Shown: positions 46,615 to 49,055 of the stretch, in pieces
Position numbering within the stretch: the first letter of the stretch is position 1
Layout of the letters: each line of letters begins with the position of its first letter
DNA from: a virus
Lineage: Duplodnaviria; Caudoviricetes
Reading direction: 5' to 3' (one strand)
Length of the DNA stretch: 49,055 nt
Virus record (IMG/VR): IMGVR_UViG_3300046779_001940
Coordinates: 1 to 49,055 of that record
Notes under the pieces: model-generated
What the model was told of the DNA's origin: nothing
Databases searched by the model: none
What the model saw: the letters and a program-made list of their open reading frames with translations, nothing else
Translations under genes and position numbers: made by a program

Positions 46615-47170
46615 CATCAGAAGTCTTTCTCAAGAAGAAAGACAAGCTCTCAAGCTTAAGCTTGCTAAAGAGATAATTGATATCTATCCTGATATGTTTA
46701 CGTTCTGTGTGCGTATTAACTGCAAACCAGATCCTTATGAGTCTTATGGCCATGGATTAGGTATTGGACTGGGATGGTATGGTATTATAAAGGACATTGT
46801 AGAAACTATAAAAGAAGAAGACGACAGAGTCAATCTTGAAAACAACTCTGAACACATCACAAAGGTCACTCAAATCAAAGAAAAATGGGGCGGTTTGCGT
46901 TTCTATTGCACAGGCACAACTGACAAAGGTTGGAGTGTAATTGAAAAAGCAGAGAAAGAATCCTATGAAGTTTGTGAGAACTGCGGTTCTAAGACTGATG
47001 TGGGTTGTTACAGTGACGGTTGGATCTCTACAAAATGTAAACCTTGTGCTGAAGACAGTTACAAGTTTGGTATGGACAAAGGCTATTTTAAACCAGAAGT
47101 TAAACTTTCAGATTTGTTCATGACAAGAGCAGAACGTATTAAAAAACAACAAGATGAAAAGCAAGATTAG
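46601..47170 (+). CDS. Conserved phage protein (QxKEKxGGLRFY family, CxxC...CxxC)
   Basis: GWYGII, QIKEKWGGLRFY and CENCG...CKPC motifs. Confidence 0.7.
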   Translation: MENLNIRSLSQEERQALKLKLAKEIIDIYPDMFTFCVRINCKPDPYESYGHGLGIGLGWYGIIKDIVETIKEEDDRVNLENNSEHITKVTQIKEKWGGLRFYCTGTTDKGWSVIEKAEKESYEVCENCGSKTDVGCYSDGWISTKCKPCAEDSYKFGMDKGYFKPEVKLSDLFMTRAERIKKQQDEKQD

Positions 47171-47417
47171 TTTATTTTTTACAGGAGTACTTCAAGTTTA
47201 CTTTGTTGCAATAAACACAGTATTCTTGGCAAAAGAATTATACATTGGAGTTTTATTTGCAGCTTTTTCAATCTCTATGATTTGGTCGTATAATATCAAG
47301 AAGATTGTATTTGGAACATTTTCTGAGAGGATTATTTATTCCCTTGGAGCAACAGTGGGTAGTCTATTGGGATTATACACCAGTTCATTCTTAATGAATT
47401 TCTTTAGCAACCTATAA
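47154..47417 (+). CDS. Small membrane protein (about 3 TM helices)
   Basis: Hydrophobic segments throughout; YSLGATVGSLLGL. Confidence 0.7.
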   Translation: MKSKISLFFTGVLQVYFVAINTVFLAKELYIGVLFAAFSISMIWSYNIKKIVFGTFSERIIYSLGATVGSLLGLYTSSFLMNFFSNL

Positions 47418-47425
47418 CAACCACT

Positions 47426-47629
47426 ATGATAGTAAACAACCTTTTTGAACTAGGGACCATTGTCTACCTTAAAACAGACTTGGAACAATTACCACGAATT
47501 ATTACAGGAATTCAAATTTGTGCAGATGGCGGAATGCTGTATAAACTTGCACAAGGACAAGATGTAGATTGGCACTATGAAGTGGAACTAGCAGATCATC
47601 CAGACATACTCCTTAAAACATCCCACTAA
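47426..47629 (+). CDS. Hypothetical protein (67 aa)
   Basis: FELGTIVYLKTDLEQLPRIITGI small SH3/KOW-like beta pattern; followed by a terminator. Confidence 0.65.
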   Translation: MIVNNLFELGTIVYLKTDLEQLPRIITGIQICADGGMLYKLAQGQDVDWHYEVELADHPDILLKTSH

Positions 47630-47632
47630 GAG

Positions 47633-47664
47633 AAGCCCAGGTCACAAGCCTGGGTTTTTTGTTT
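47633..47664 (+). terminator. Intrinsic terminator
   Basis: AAGCCCAGG-TCACAAG-CCTGGGTTT followed by TTTGTTT. Confidence 0.85.
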
Positions 47665-47737
47665 GCAGCTCAATCTTGCTAACGTTGCAGCTCATTACTT
47701 AGCGTATTTGAGCTAGAAGTGAATTGCGTTTGAGCTA
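47663..47737. repeat. Four AGCT-centred boxes at exact 22-bp spacing (2 direct + 2 inverted)
   Basis: TTGCAGCTCA at 47663 and 47685; TTTGAGCTA at 47707 and 47729. Confidence 0.7.
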
Positions 47738-47865
47738 TAACAGTGGCTACTGGAACTAGCCCCCTACTGTGTAGTAGAGAGGGTGTACCCCCTACCACAA
47801 CATCCCCCCGCCAACGCACGCAACACCTATACCCCCATGTGAACCAGCACATTAAATCAAAGCTT

Positions 47866-47967
47866 ATGTATCATTGGTATTTAATTGCAGGACATCAAAT
47901 CCTTGCCAAGTCCATGCGTGAAGCATACAAATACTTCATGGACTACTGCAAGGAGGACAGACACTGA
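47866..47967 (+). CDS. Putative 33-aa early peptide (MYHWYLIAGHQILAKSMREAY...)
   Basis: ATG behind an A-rich leader and a copy of the CAACA-CT leader motif. Short, so uncertain. Confidence 0.45.
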   Translation: MYHWYLIAGHQILAKSMREAYKYFMDYCKEDRH

Positions 47968-47989
47968 GAAGTGTCACCTGCACAGCACC

Positions 47990-48025
47990 AACACAGAGAT
48001 GTTCTAACAAGAGTGTCTCTGTGTT
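47990..48025 (+). other. 16-bp hairpin (terminator or RNA processing site)
   Basis: AACACAGAGATGTTCT-AACA-AGAGTGTCTCTGTGTT with G-U pairs on the + strand, followed by TATTATAT. Confidence 0.6.
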
Positions 48026-48102
48026 TATTATATATAAGCCTTGTCATTCAACAGCTAAACCCCTTAACAATTCAATATTAATAACTCTAAATTTAAACTC
48101 TC

Positions 48103-48330
48103 ATGAAGAATCTTAAAAGAATGGTACTACCTGTACAGATCATTGCATTGTTCGTATTGCCAATGATCATGATCACAATCATCACAGCTACATTAGCTAC
48201 ATGCTTGTCATTATTAACGCATCTGACATTCTCAGACGTTACGTCATCTACACCAATGTGGGTATTCAATTTCTTCACTGGAATTGCATTCTTCGTTGCT
48301 GTAGGTCAATGGATGTGGGAAGAGAAATAA
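48103..48330 (+). CDS. Small two-TM membrane protein (75 aa)
   Basis: Two hydrophobic stretches; A-rich leader. Confidence 0.65.
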   Translation: MKNLKRMVLPVQIIALFVLPMIMITIITATLATCLSLLTHLTFSDVTSSTPMWVFNFFTGIAFFVAVGQWMWEEK

Positions 48331-48394
48331 TCTTCCTACATCCTTCAACAACTTAAATCCTTAATAAATCAATAACAATTAAAAATCAAAAATC

Positions 48395-48889
48395 ATGAAC
48401 AAAGTACAAATTAAACCATCTGAAACTGGCGCAATCATTAACGCCTACAAAAACAATCCTGCTTACGGTTACATCACACTACAATCTGAAGAGATGAGTG
48501 TTGAAGGTGGCTGGGTGCGTAACAAAGTACGTAGTGCGCTATTGCGTGCTGAAGTTACATTGCTTGAAAAATTCGTTCAAGTATATGGTAAGTCTGGAGC
48601 TATTCCAGGACGTATTGTTGTAAAGGAATTTGTAGAGTCTGAAGTGCCTGAGAACTTTGCATCTCGCTTTAACAAGAACCTTGCATATGAGGACGCTATT
48701 GCGCCATATGTTAAGCGTGCTGGTAAAGACGGCATTGAGCTAACTTTAGGTGGTGAGCGTATCTTGCGTTTCACTGACTATGACGGATCTGGTAATGACC
48801 AAGACATCCGCGTAGCTCATGATAATGTTGGAGCTGTGGTAGAAGCACGTGCTAACGTGACAGCTACTGGCGCTGCATTACCTGCATAA
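48395..48889 (+). CDS. Conserved hypothetical early protein (164 aa), possibly nucleic-acid binding
   Basis: Strong A-rich leader, biased codon usage and a downstream terminator. No family recognised with confidence. Confidence 0.7.
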   Translation: MNKVQIKPSETGAIINAYKNNPAYGYITLQSEEMSVEGGWVRNKVRSALLRAEVTLLEKFVQVYGKSGAIPGRIVVKEFVESEVPENFASRFNKNLAYEDAIAPYVKRAGKDGIELTLGGERILRFTDYDGSGNDQDIRVAHDNVGAVVEARANVTATGAALPA

Positions 48890-48897
48890 CAAACCTG

Positions 48898-48936
48898 AAA
48901 CTGGGCTGGGGAGTAACATCCTCAGCCACAGTTTTT
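48898..48936 (+). terminator. Intrinsic terminator
   Basis: AAACTGGGCTGGGGA-GTAACA-TCCTCAGCCACAGTTTTTT. Confidence 0.8.
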
Positions 48937-49055
48937 TCAAATAAACAGGTTGGGGTGGTTGAGTATCCCAAAGACAAAAACAACAGAACAGTTTTTTCTC
49001 AAGCCAAACTCAACACCTTAATTACCCCTGAATACAACAACACCTAAACCCCCAA

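Noticed and set aside
47663-47737. Mini CRISPR array
   Set aside because: The repeats are only 9-10 nt with ~12-nt spacers and switch orientation, and there are no cas genes. The PD-(D/E)XK nuclease lacks the Cas4 Fe-S cysteine set.
47743-47865. N-terminal extension of the called 74-aa ORF
   Set aside because: A GTG start running through a C-rich regulatory-looking tract; the ATG at 47866 has a proper A-rich leader.

Overview
This window is a ~49-kb fragment of a lytic crAss-like (Crassvirales-related) podovirus genome. Perfect TTTG-N20-TAnnTTTG promoters and A-rich leaders without Shine-Dalgarno sites point to a Bacteroidota host. Positions 1-45669 are a minus-strand morphogenesis block. 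In transcription order it holds a ~300-nt structured non-coding RNA, tRNA-Arg, tRNA-Thr, a GroES-like co-chaperonin, tRNA-Met, an aberrant tRNA-like RNA, HTH/IHF/Zn-finger/PD-(D/E)XK genes, terminase, portal, scaffold-like protein and major capsid protein. These are followed by ring/auxiliary structural proteins, a Dps/ferritin-like protein, Cys-rich fibre proteins (one with four thrombospondin type-1 repeats), a metallophosphoesterase, a tail muzzle protein with a VWA + Ig-like insertion, an xxxGG-punctuated modular cargo protein and several giant ejected cargo proteins, the last truncated at the window edge. After a divergent promoter at ~45.7 kb, small plus-strand genes follow (including an acyl-CoA thioesterase). 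Next come a 22-bp phased repeat that may mark a genome end or origin, and a putative early region with a repeated CAACA-CT-AA-CCC leader motif. The strongest unexplained signals are the non-coding RNAs (45091-45392, 44102-44224, 33005-33112, 24521-24592), the putative GG-cleaved polyprotein and the eukaryote-like TSR/VWA adhesin domains. All family calls come from motif recognition and gene order, not database searches.
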